Below the pieces are notes generated by a model. The model had not been told where the DNA came from. It searched no databases and was given only the letters and a program-made list of their open reading frames with translations. The translations under genes were made by a program, and so were the position numbers. From Carcharhinus longimanus (lineage: Eukaryota), in contig JASCQW010000001.1 in assembly GCA_030264375.1 (NCBI GenBank), positions 68,080,035-68,144,034 of the forward strand: a stretch of 64,000 bases of DNA, given 5' to 3'. The stretch's first letter is position 1. Each line of letters opens with the position of its first letter. Shown here piece after piece: positions 37,394-49,220 of this stretch.

Positions 37394-38274
37394 CGCTGAT
37401 CAGTGGAAGTGTTAACATTTCGGTTATTATGTTGACACAGATATGCTTTGAGATTGCAATTATAGCGGTTAGCGGGTCCTACCACATGACATCATGGTTT
37501 ACAAAGTGCAATAACACAACAGACACCTGTTATGTGTCGTTGCTACTCATTTTGTGTAATTCATCATTACTGCTTAAAACAAAAATGTAATTAAATTGGA
37601 AATCTCTCCATTGCTGGAGCATCGCCAGCTTGATGCGTATGCACACGCACCCTTCAGATTTTTTCAGCATCTGCCCTCACGTCCCGTGGAAGAATTGTTC
37701 TTGACAAATGGATTAAGTAAAACAATGGAATTATTTTTCGCGTTAATATAGATATATTACAAGGTGACCGCACTCAGAAAAGATTCATCACATTGACGTT
37801 GGAACCAGGGCAATTATTGCAAATAAACCGAACGAGACAAACCTTGCTCTAAGTATTGAAGAAACACTTTAGAATGGTTCCAATAAAGAGTGCCTCTATA
37901 TTGCCCTAAAAGATTACAATGCTGCTATTTCTGACACACTGAATTCTTAGATTTAGAAAGGGCAAAGGTTCCCTTTTCAGCCCTTGGAGCTCTTTATTAA
38001 GAATCCTGTTTCAGTACTTCCTGGAATTCCGTGACTGATAAATAGATGCAGACACCAATACTTCCATCCCAGGTCAGATTCTGGCAAATAAAGGCTAAAT
38101 CACAGTCATAAGTCCATCCATCTTTCTTTTTAACAATGAAATGACTTCGAAATGAAACTTGTGTGTTCCTATCCGGAAGAGGGGATTTGTAGAGTTTTTT
38201 TTAATCTTTGAAGTTCAGAATGTGAGCGCGGCTCAAGTTGCTTTTTCTGCCTTGAGTGAGAGATCGCTTTAGCC

Positions 38275-38361
38275 GCACTGGAATACGTGATTTACCAGCA
38301 CTAGAGTATGTTATTTACCAGCACTGGAATATGTGATTTACCAGCACTGGAGCATGTTATT
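38275..38361. repeat. 23-bp minisatellite, about 3.8 units
   Basis: GCACTGGAATACGTGATTTACCA / GCACTAGAGTATGTTATTTACCA / GCACTGGAATATGTGATTTACCA / GCACTGGAGCATGTTATT. Confidence 0.92.
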
Positions 38362-38853
38362 ATATCATTGCTGTATTTGCGATTGAAGTTTGGTTTCAGA
38401 AATCACTGGGTTTTTTTTTCTCCACGCATTAATGTGCCTGGGCAGGTACATGTCTTAGGGAACGCCTCCACTTGTACCGTCCCTTGCACCTGTTCCACGT
38501 AATGCACACACATCAAGCAGTACTTATTAAATCAAACTGCCCGATGTTTATATAAAATGCATGTCTTAGACCAGGGAAGTAACTCCAATATATTACCACC
38601 TTGAGCAAAAGGTAAGAGAAGGCTTCCCAGCAGTTTTACAGCAGCAAATAAGTTGGAACGGAGATTCTGAGTACTCAGCTATTATATTTTTGTGCATTGT
38701 CGATCTTCCCAGTTGTACTGTTAGTATGTTGAACATTGTAAGATTTCGTTGTCTCGTGGGCTGCAGTTGAAAGTAAATAAATACAAACTTTGGCGACCTG
38801 AATGAGACGAGTTTATTAGCATATACCCAGAGGGCTTATTTACATACGGTATG

Positions 38854-38861
38854 TATATAAA
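38854..38861 (+). promoter_or_regulatory. Candidate TATA box of FGF20
   Basis: TATATAAA about 240 bp upstream of the ATG; transcription start unknown. Confidence 0.4.
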
Positions 38862-39096
38862 CAGTCGGCTAATCTGATCCGTTTCATAACAGCACCAAAG
38901 TAGAATATGTTCGTTCCAAGCGCTAAACCTCTGCGCTTTTAAGAGCATGCAATAGGTGGTGGAATACTTAGAGAAAAACAGACAAATTATCAGTGGCGTA
39001 ACTTTTAATTTGGTGTCCCTTGTTTTTTTTGTCTTCCATTCCCCGTTTCCTACTTTAGCGTTGAACTGTTTTCTTGGTTGTGGACAGCGACTCACC

Positions 39097-39370
39097 ATGG
39101 CTCCGTTAGCCGACATCGGGAGCTACTTGGTCGGTCTGGATGCTGGACACATGGCGGCCCCATTCTTTCTCCCTGCGGCGGACGCCCCGGTCCTCCTGAG
39201 CGATCACCTCGCTCAGACCGAGAGCAGATTATCGCGAAGCACCACCACGGACTTAATGCATTTGCAGGGAATTCTGCGAAGGAGGCAGCTCTACTGTAGA
39301 ACTGGCTTTCATTTGGAAATCCTGCCAGGTGGAACAGTGCAGGGGACCAGACAGGACCACAGCCGATTTG
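39097..39370 (+). CDS. FGF20: Fibroblast growth factor 20, exon 1
   Basis: Kozak CACC-ATG-G; [53 protein letters not shown]; phase-1 donor G|GTAGGT; no classical signal peptide, as in the FGF9 subfamily. Confidence 0.95.
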
Positions 39371-41034
39371 GTAGGTATGCCTTTTCAAAAGAAAAGAAAA
39401 TTTCTATCTTCGTCAATTTTCATGACGCGCTGAACTTTGCGTGTGTCACTAAATATAGAAACAGTGAAACGTGTGAAGACTAGTTGATTCCCATCATAAT
39501 CAGAAATAGATTGATCCAAATTTCTTGGGTTTGCCACTATGCTGTAATATTCACTCTGCCTCCGGTTTTTAGCTGATTTGTTGCTGTCGGTTCTTCATGC
39601 ATCGGTTCATTCTGCAGGAATAATTCAATCGTTTGTGATATAAGCAGGTTTTGTGGATATTAAAATACCTGGATGAATATTTGCATGTTTAGAATTGCGT
39701 TGCCACTCGGCTGTATTTTTGATTTACGCTTCATGTTTGAATTCAGAGCAACAGAGTCGTTATGGCGCAGAAGGANNNNNNNNNNNNNNNNNNNNNNNNN
39801 NNNNNNNNNNNNNNNNNNNNNNNNNNNNNNNNNNNNNNNNNNNNNNNNNNNNNNNNNNNNNNNNNNNNNNNNNNNNNNNNNNNNNNNNNNNNNNNNNNNN
39901 NNNNNNNNNNNNNNNNNNNNNNNNNNNNNNNNNNNNNNNNNNNNNNNNNNNNNNNNNNNNNACCAAATAAGTTAATCATAATGATCTTTTAATTTTTGCA
40001 TGCCGTTTAACTTTCTAGGGTGACGGCATCAGATAAAATTCAGACTTTCAGCAGCATATCAAACAACTGGAGACATTCTCTTCAAACACCTCACTTTGAT
40101 TCTGCCCCTATTCCCCATCTGACTGATGTGGTGTGGCCAGGAGATGAATCACACTTTCAAACAGGTTTAATTCCATAAACGTCTTAGTTACACGCAATAT
40201 CTTAACCACGCCGAGTGGCTATGACGTTGAGGCACTTTTAAGACTGAATCAACATAATTTTTTTCACAAAAAATGAGAAGATCCTCTATTTCAGAACAAA
40301 ATACACGCTCCGTTTGCAGATTGAAATAGACGGTGAAGGTTTACATTAGCGCGGTCCTCAGCGGCGCTGGCGATAAAGTGCACAACTTTTAACATTTAAA
40401 GAAATCTTGGTTAACTGAACGGTGCCGAGCCACGGGAATGTGGTCACGGCTCGAATTCCCCAGCCTCTCAAATACCGATCTGAACAGGTCATGCACTGCG
40501 GACCTAAAACCTTATTATTTAATCTTTGGATTTTAACCAAAATAACATATCCGCGATATGTCTGTCCGCTTTCTCACTGCCCCCGCAGATATCTAATTAA
40601 TATCAAGGATACTTCTCAAGAATTGGGAGATTCGCCAACTGAATCGAGCGGGGAGCAGCGTGGGCATGAGTTTAGAATTCGGGCATTTTTGTCCCGCATC
40701 TTCTTGTAAAAGCCTTAAAAAGAAACTCCTCCACTTGCCAGGCTAAACTTCTGTGTTATCAAGAGAGCGACATGGAACGGTGCCCAGATCATCTTCAGTT
40801 TTTGGCAGGCACCTGCGGAAATTCTAGAGACTATGTGGTCATATTATAATCCCAGAATTATACAACCACTTCAAGAAATCACCGTGTTTATTATTCTGAG
40901 CACACTATACAGTCCTATCCCCCTCTGACCATTGTTCCTATGTGTTAGTATATTTCAAAAGTATTGCAGCAGAACGTGCCATCACCCAACCAAAATAAAC
41001 ATTTAACTTTTTAACTTATTCAAAATGACTTTGA

Positions 41035-41235
<201 letters not shown>

Positions 41236-42248
41236 TAGTATTGCAGCGTGAACACTTTGTGATAACTCTTGTACGAATTATACCTGTATGATACCAGAAA
41301 TGCGCAAAACACCCTATCCAGAGCTATATTTGCTGCTTATGACTGTTGAAATATTTTAAATAGTTATATTGGAGGAAGAATACAAGGAGATCAGAGAATT
41401 ATTAGTTAAAGAGCATCTTGAATTATATTGTGTCATATCCAAAAGTCGTTATTTTATTTCACTTTTGAGTCAGACGATAAATACTGGGGTAATATAGAGG
41501 AACTTGTTCATAGCTTTTTAAATGCTAGTGTTATTTAGTTATTAGTTTGCATAAAACATATGTTACTTTCTCAAATATCTTCAAAAACGTCAAAAGAAAC
41601 AATTGTATATCGTTTAAATGAGATTTTAAAATTCCCCCTGTTTTTGTCTTGTACCTGTCCAATGAAGAAAGATCAATTCCTGGGACAACTAGGATCAATC
41701 TAGCTTGAAAATGCTGTTTTAATTCTGTTGTCGAAAGGGAAAGTTTAAGTTTTAGCAGGTACAACATGCACTCAACCAATGTTTCCACTGCAAGTTTTTC
41801 TTTTGATTTCTAGGTTCATTTTATAATTGTCCAGAAACAAACTATGAGATAACAGCCTATTTAAGAATCTCACTATATACTTAGTACATTGCATTCTTAA
41901 TCCAGCTGCCATGAAACACAAGTCTACAAGTTTTAAAATTCAATACTAATTAACACTAATTAAGTAATCTCACTTAGATAGTTAGTAATTATAAATCATC
42001 CTGGAAACAAAAATAATACTTTGGTGCAGTGGGGACCACCACTGAGTCTCTGATTAGACAACATTATAGCTTGGCATCGGCAACTAAACTGAGTTTCTGG
42101 CACTGTCATGGATGCAAGGAGACCTCAAAGCTGTTAACATTTTTTGCTCCAATTAATGTAATCTGGGTTATACAATAAATTTACCTAGCTGGAATTCGAA
42201 TGCAGTAGATTTATTGTTAAAGTGATCAGTACATTTAGTAATTAAGAG

Positions 42249-42705
42249 GGGAGGCGATGGCCTAATGATATTACCTAGACTATCAATCCAGAAATCCAAC
42301 TAATGTTCTGGGGACCCGGATTTAAATCCTGCCATGGTAGATGGTAGAATTTGAATTCAATAAAAAGTAGCTGGAATTAAGAATCTACTGATTGTCGATT
42401 GTTTGCAAAACCCATCTGGTTCACTAATGTCCTTTAGAGAAGGAAATCTGTTGGTCTGGCCTACATGTGACACATGTGGTTCTGTAACTCCAGAGCCTCA
42501 GCAATGTGGTCAACTCTCAACTGCCCAGGGGCAACTAGGGATGGATAATAAATGCTGATGTGGGTATGCCGGCGTTGGACTGGCGTAAACACATAATATT
42601 ATCAAATAAATAGGTTGGACTAAAACCTGGTGTTGTCAGACTTTTTACTACTTTTAATAAATGCTGGCCAGCCATCAATGCCCATGCCCCATTAATGAAT
42701 AGAAA
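42249..42705 (+). mobile_element. tRNA-derived SINE in FGF20 intron 2
   Basis: TGGCCTAATG A-box-like and GGATTTAAATCC B-box-like head; tail shared with 31440-31635. Confidence 0.7.
42558..42654. mobile_element. Family-A Penelope-type insertion with 5' inversion and 12-bp TSD
   Basis: Inverted piece ATGCCGGCGTTGGACTGG plus forward piece CAAATAAA..GTTGGACT..CCTGGTGTTGTCAGACTTTTTACT; exact TAATAAATGCTG at 42546-42557 and 42655-42666. Confidence 0.8.
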
Positions 42706-43062
42706 AGAATTCATGATTGGCAACTTTTTCTGTATTATTCATTATGCATGCTGCCAATATTTCCACATTAGTATAGTATACAATATTCTAAAATAATGTG
42801 CACCAATCTTGTCATTTTAAAGTGAAAAACTTGCTGGTAATTAGATAACATAATGGGATGAATATTATTGCATTTGTAACAGTAAAACTGGTAGATTAAT
42901 GTAATTTATTGAAACCATTGCAGCAATTAGTAGCCAAAAATAAATATGATGATGTGCATAAATAAGTCATAGAATGGAAAGTTGACTCCAAGCTACAATA
43001 TTTTCATTTATTAACAATCAAATTATCATCTACAGTTTTTTTTCCTGTAATAGACTTGAGTT

Positions 43063-43076
43063 CCAGCAGGTGGTGC
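43063..43076 (+). promoter_or_regulatory. Candidate CTCF site in FGF20 intron 2
   Basis: CCAGCAGGTGGTGC, one mismatch from the CCASYAGRKGGCRS core, in AT-rich unique DNA. Confidence 0.45.
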
Positions 43077-43949
43077 CTAAATGGCAATTTCCCTGCAGTG
43101 GCTTCTAGCAATGTTGTCTAAACCATTAGGGACCATTTCTTTTTAAAGAATGATATATAATTTTGCACAGTGTATTGATTTAAGAATTTGTCATTTTATA
43201 TCAATCTAATCAACACTAATCATAAGAATTAAATTCCAAAAATAAAAATAAAACTATCTAAATGAATGGGCTTTTTAAAATAACTGAATAAGTTTTTTAC
43301 TGCGGTCAGGTTTTTAGAAGAATTGCCTTGTTATTGGACAAGATTTGGCAACCTAATTTAAAGCAGCCAATATCATATTAACAATTCTGGACCGAGAACA
43401 AAAAAAAACATGGTGGGTTGTTGTTGACACTATATTGATGGGATGCATTTTACATGTTGAAATTGAGACTGCAGTCACTGCATGACACTTGCATGAAATC
43501 CAGCATGATGACATGATGGTAACCTGCCATCCAGTCCACCCCAGTCCCCGATGAAGTTAGACAGGTGCCAAAAGCAGAAACCCACTAGATATTTTGGAAA
43601 AACTAAGCTTCATAACAGGCCAATAGACTGAGATACCACATTACTCATGCCATTTTTTAATGGGTGCATTGGAAAAATCTTCAAAGGGAGTTCCCCAAGG
43701 TATAAGGAGGCATTGCAAGGATGGATAGAAAAGCTGCAAGTGGGACAATGACTGACTTGGAATCTACTGAAGAAGATGGGAGAGTTTACCAGTGTTAGAA
43801 ATTACTTGAATATTCATTTGAGCCTTCAATGTGAGATATTGTCAGGAAAGGGTGTCTAGAGGTAGACCTGAAGTTTATTTTCTGCACCCCTGTTTGGACC
43901 CTGAGATCACTGTTCCCATGGGTATTGTCCACCCTGGAGAAGGCTCCTC

Positions 43950-44440
43950 CAGTGAGGAGGAGAGGAGAAGGAGAAAGCGGAGGGGAACTGGCCAGTGATA
44001 GGTGAGTTGTGTGCTGCTGAGCCAGGATCTGTAAAGGGGAGACAATACCAGCAGTGGCCAGACAGAGGTAGGCAAAGGCACTACCCTGCCAACAGAGTAT
44101 GCTGGCAAAGAGTGACCTACATTCAAATGTCAGAGCACCAGTACCTGAGAAGATTGCATCTCTCCAGGGAGATAGTCGTATCAATATGTGATCCGTTTTT
44201 TGGAGAGATTGCCTCAGATTGTGTTGACTGATTGCCTATGCCTGTGGTATTGAAGGCAACAATGGCTCAGAATCTTTCCACTTCTGGATCCTGAGTCCTT
44301 TGTGGGATTTTGCAGCTAGCAGCCCTTCATTGTGTGAAAGTTTTTTTTCAGAATTATTCAGGTGTGTCTATGAGTCCATTTAATTCAGTGCTGACAACTC
44401 TAGTCAAGCAGGCCGAGCGAGAGGGTTTGCTAACAGCCTG
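43950..44440 (+). mobile_element. PIF/Harbinger transposase pseudogene fragment (element probably continues past the CR1 to about 47250)
   Basis: HYPANRV..YIQMSEHQYLRRLHLSREIVVSIC..PMPVVLKATMAQNLSTSGS resembles the HARBI1-like N-terminus (MSE.QC.RRLRLSRE..PVA.KV..ALNF.ASGS). Confidence 0.72.
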
Positions 44441-44689
44441 TGCTGGAGACCAGCTGCTGACGCTTATGTCACTTTGCCTGGGGTGACTTTGGTAGGTGTC
44501 CTATGGTTGCCGAAGGCTGTGAGGGCCCCAGTGTGATGGCAGTCTGTTGCACAGTGACGGGAGGCACATCTGTCACCATGGCACTCAGAGGTATTTGTGT
44601 TAAGAGGAGAGAAGTGGAGGCAGAATCTCCACATGGTCCTGGTAATGATGGCAGATCCTCATCCACCATCATCAGGGCTACGTGAGCTA

Positions 44690-46390
44690 CTCAGTTTTGG
44701 ATTCCCGTACCACTGGGAACATTCTTTCTGAATCTATCCTGTCTAACCCTGTTAGAACTTTATAAGTTTCTATGAGATCCCCTCTCATGCTTCTAAACTC
44801 CAGTNNNNNNNNNNNNNNNNNNNNNNNNNNNNNNNNNNNNNNNNNNNNNNNNNNNNNNNNNNNNNNNNNNNNNNNNNNNNNNNNNNNNNNNNNNNNNNNN
44901 NNNNNNNNNNNNNNNNNNNNNNNNNNNNNNNNNNNNNNNNNNNNNNNNNNNNNNNNNNNNNNNNNNNNNNNNNNNNNNNNNNNNNNNNNNNNNNNNNNNN
45001 NNNNNNNNNNNNNNNNNNNNNNNNNNNNNNNNNNNNNNNNNNNNNNNNNNNNNNNNNNNNNNNNNNNNNNNNNNNNNNNNNNNNNNNNNNNNNNNNNNNN
45101 NNNNNNNNNNNNNNNNNNNNNNNNNNNNNNNNNNNNNNNNNNNNNNNNNNNNNNNNNNNNNNNNNNNNNNNNNNNNNNNNNNNNNNNNNNNNNNNNNNNN
45201 NNNNNNNNNNNNNNNNNNNNNNNNNNNNNNNNNNNNNNNNNNNNNNNNNNNNNNNNNNNNNNNNNNNNNNNNNNNNNNNNNNNNNNNNNNNNNNNNNNNN
45301 NNNNNNNNNNNNNNNNNNNNNNNNNNNNNNNNNNNNNNNNNNNNNNNNNNNNNNNNNNNNNNNNNNNNNNNNNNNNNNNNNNNNNNNNNNNNNNNNNNNN
45401 NNNNNNNNNNNNNNNNNNNNNNNNNNNNNNNNNNNNNNNNNNNNNNNNNNNNNNNNNNNNNNNNNNNNNNNNNNNNNNNNNNNNNNNNNNNNNNNNNNNN
45501 NNNNNNNNNNNNNNNNNNNNNNNNNNNNNNNNNNNNNNNNNNNNNNNNNNNNNNNNNNNNNNNNNNNNNNNNNNNNNNNNNNNNNNNNNNNNNNNNNNNN
45601 NNTCTAACCCTATTAGAATTTTATAAGTTTCTATGAGATCCCCTCTCATGCTTCTAAACTCCAGTGAATATAATCCTAACAGACTTAGTCTCTGCTCATA
45701 TGACAGTCCTGTCATCCCTGGAATCAGTCTGGTAAACCTTTGTTGCACTCCCTCTAGAACAAGAACAACTTTCCTCAGATAGGGACGCCAAAACTGCATA
45801 CAATACTCCAAATGTAACCTCACCAATGCCATATACAATTGCAGGAAAACATCCCTATCCCTACACTCAAATACTCTCGCAATGAAGGCCAACACACCAT
45901 TTGCCTTCTTCACTGCCTACTGTACCTGTGCACTTCGTTTCAGTGACTGGTGTATAAGCACACCAAGATCTCATTCAGTATCCACCTCTCTCAATTTACA
46001 CCCACTCAAATAACAATAACTATTATGTTTGCTGCCAAAGTTGATAACCTCACAATTATTCACATTATACTTCATCTATCATGTATATGCCTAATCATAC
46101 TGAAGCACCTCTGCATCCTCCTCACAGCTCATCCTCCCACCCAACTTTGTATCATATGCAAACTTGGAAATAAATGCATTTAGTTCCCTCGTCCAGATCA
46201 TTAATATATAATGTGAACAGCGAGGATCCTATCACAGATACATGAAGTACTGCACTTGTCACTACTCGCCAATTGGAAAAAGACCCATTTATTCCAACTG
46301 TTTGCTTCCTGTCTTCTATCTATCTCAAGACAATACCTGCAATTCCATGTGCTTTAACTTTATGTAGTTATCTTCTATTGAGATCTTGTT
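44690..46390 (-). mobile_element. CR1 LINE RT-to-C-terminal fragment (gapped)
   Basis: KKANGVLAFIAR..LYMALVRLHLEYCMQFWRPYLRK..MRGDLIETYKIL. Confidence 0.93.
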
Positions 46391-48293
46391 GAAAGTCTAA
46401 CATCATGCTTTTAATTGTGCTCCCAATACTTCCTTTGTTGGTAGCCAACAATTCTCAGTGATCCTTGCTCGCTAACAGGCGTTGCAGATCATAATCCCAC
46501 CCTGGTGCCATGTGGATTGGGATTTCTGCCTCATGCCACTTTGTGCACTTAGTCAAGGCACTAAACAATCCTACACTTGACAAACATCACACCCTCACAC
46601 CCTTCTTTATAGGTCATCTGCAAATTCATTGCACTCTCACCCTGGCAGATCATTAGTGGCATTTGAACCTCTTATGCAATTACAGTCATATCCTTCAGAT
46701 GATTCCATGGCTGCTGATTATCTTTGTTGCCTCATCCCAGGCTTCTTTGGCCAGACTGAGAGGTCTCTTCCCAACATGAGGCACGAGGATCTCCCGTTGA
46801 TCACTCACAGCCAAGAGGAGGACTGACAGGTTTTCATCATCAAGTTGTCAGGGCATCCTTGGGCTGTGTCCCTTTGCAGCTTCCTCCGTTCTTGCAGACA
46901 TACAGCCTCTATGGAGAGACAGACAGAGTTAATAGGTATAATTGTCGTCTTCTTCTGAACAATTGACAATCATAAAGGGGATGGAGCAGGTGTGCTCAAA
47001 TGTTCTTTCATCCCTTGCAAGGATCCTGAATGCTACATTGCTGGCATAAGTGTTATCAAAATGTAAAGACAAGATCTTATTTGCTGCTGCTCTAATAGTT
47101 CAATGGATTAAACAGTCTTATTGGTTAAAACTTCTGCCTCCAAATGAATACTTCTGCTGCAGCTGCCATCTTGCCACGATGTTTTAAAATGGTGGTCATG
47201 ACTGAATCCTGGTTTATGGCCTCTCTCCCTAATCATCCTGGCCCTATATAGGGCCTATATATAGGTCCTATAGGACACACCACCTACCCTTCCCTTACAT
47301 AGTTGGCTGGCTTCCTGCTGAGTCGCCACAAATTGACTACAAGATGCCTTATTCAGCATCTTTAAAAGGCAGGGACAGGAGTCTACAATCCACCAACTCT
47401 TGAATTGGCTCCCCCGCTGCCACCCCCACCGCACACTAGCTCCCCAACAAGTTCTTCTTATCGTTTTTCTACTTTTCAAATGAGGACATTTTTTGAGGTA
47501 GGCTTTTCTGATTCTTCACATAAGCATATTGCCTCTGTATAGTACATAGGGGAAAACTGAGTGAAGCATTGCATGCCTTATGGAAACCTGCCTGATTTCC
47601 TGCCTTTTCATTTAAATGGACGAAAAATCTCCTGCAATCTTTAGCATTGAGCAGGACAGGAACAGCCATGTCATATGAACAGTATCACCTTCTTCTAAGT
47701 CTCACACCATCCTGTCTTCAATATATATCAAATGTTTGTTTATTGTCATTGAGTCAATATTGTAACAGCACTATGATCTCAAGGATTGTAGCAGTTTAAG
47801 GAGAAATTCTGCCATCTTTTCAGGGCCACTAAGCCAATAAATGCAGCCTTGTCAGTGCCATCCACATCCCAAGAACAAATAAAAGGAATGGGAAAACTTA
47901 TTTATGAACATGCACTTTGTCAATTTTGATTTTTCTTTATGCGCTGTGCCCAGATTATTCAATATGTCCAGGTATAAGAACAAGAACACTTAAATAATAT
48001 TGTTCATCTGTGGAATCATTTATTACTCTCTTGGTAATCAAGAGATATACAAGATTTAGTTCACTGAAACAATTTATGTGCATATGATGAGTCTTTATAT
48101 CTGCAAATAAGTCTATATTTACATAAATATTTCATATTCTGCAACACGCTATTATCTTTGAAATAAATTTGCTGACAGTCAAGATATCAAAATCAATCTT
48201 TTCTGTAATCTTACCAAAAATTGTAAAGATTTTAGCTGACTATTTATTTGCAGTTATATTACATGTCTTCATTTTCTATTATGTTCCTTTTAG

Positions 48294-48539
48294 GAAAAAC
48301 TGACAGCAGAATGCATCTTTAGAGAGCAATTTGAAGAAAATTGGTACAACACGTATTCTTCGAACCTGTATAAACACAATGACACAGGACGACGATATTT
48401 TGTTGCACTTAATAAGGATGGATCTCCAAGAGATGGGAGTAGATCCAAAAGACATCAGAAATTTACACATTTCTTGCCAAGACCTGTGGATCCTGAGAAA
48501 GTCCCTGAACTCTATAGAGATTTATTAGGATATAGTTGA
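48294..48539 (+). CDS. FGF20: Fibroblast growth factor 20, exon 3 coding part
   Basis: TTTTAG acceptor; [81 protein letters not shown]-stop. The C-terminus and the RYFVAL and RSKRHQ motifs fit FGF20 rather than FGF9/16. Spliced CDS is 624 nt. Confidence 0.96.
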   Translation, partial: EKLTAECIFREQFEENWYNTYSSNLYKHNDTGRRYFVALNKDGSPRDGSRSKRHQKFTHFLPRPVDPEKVPELYRDLLGYS

Positions 48540-49150
48540 AGCTTACCTGTTATAGATCAACTGAAGAAGAAGAATTATGTATCCTGTTCTTCACAGGAAC
48601 AAGGATGGAGAGCAACAGCATCCTACAGCTGCAAGCAGTTGGGAGAATGGATTCAAAAGGATGCCTAGTCAAAGATGTGGCCTTAGATTCTTCAAATGAG
48701 AAGCACTTCAAATGTGCAATTACCTTTTCAGGATTTTACATCTTAAAACTATGAGTTCACGATTTACTGACATCAGTAATGTTATATTGTAGCAGCAGAT
48801 GAAGGGAAGTTGCATGTTTTGATCATGGACTTTAATCTATGGTGCTGCTGGTGCCTTTTCTCTGGGATGCAAGTTAAATTGACATGGTAGTGCCACAAAA
48901 GATGTCCCTTCATGTAACTGTGGAACAACACAACCTGGGCTTGGTGCAGAGAGGGCAAAGCATCATCCTAAAATATCCAATATGAAGACCGCTAGACTAT
49001 TCACTCTTACCACGGAGTATCAAAATAATGAAAGAGTTACTTATAGCACATTGGTATGACCTCCATCAAGAAATGATGGGCAGAACTTGGACTCATATTG
49101 TCTTGGGCAACGTTGGACAGGAGTCTTTTTACAGTTCTTTTGGGATGGAT

Positions 49151-49220
49151 GTATTTATACAATTTCAAATCACATATATTTATTTTATATAATTATTTAT
49201 TAAGCAGAGTTTATTTTTAC
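49151..49220 (+). promoter_or_regulatory. AU-rich element cluster in the presumed FGF20 3' UTR
   Basis: Several TATTTAT/ATTTA motifs; candidate AATAAA signals further on at 49982 and 50232. Confidence 0.5.

Noticed and set aside
38275-38361. CRISPR-like repeat array
   Set aside because: Units are contiguous with no unique spacers, and the context is eukaryotic; it is a minisatellite.
38956-39096. In-frame 47-codon N-terminal extension of FGF20 with a hydrophobic stretch (possible signal peptide)
   Set aside because: Begins at GTG in the ORF track, has no homology to FGF9-family proteins, and the ATG at 39097 has a strong Kozak context and matches the conserved start; would need ribosome profiling to revive.
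39371-39483. ORF continuation past FGF20 exon 1
   Set aside because: Intron read-through; homology ends at the GT donor and resumes in exon 2.
44687-45913. Long ORFs of 200-400 aa here and at 56901-57759
   Set aside because: Length is due to N runs translated as X; the real parts are CR1 fragments.
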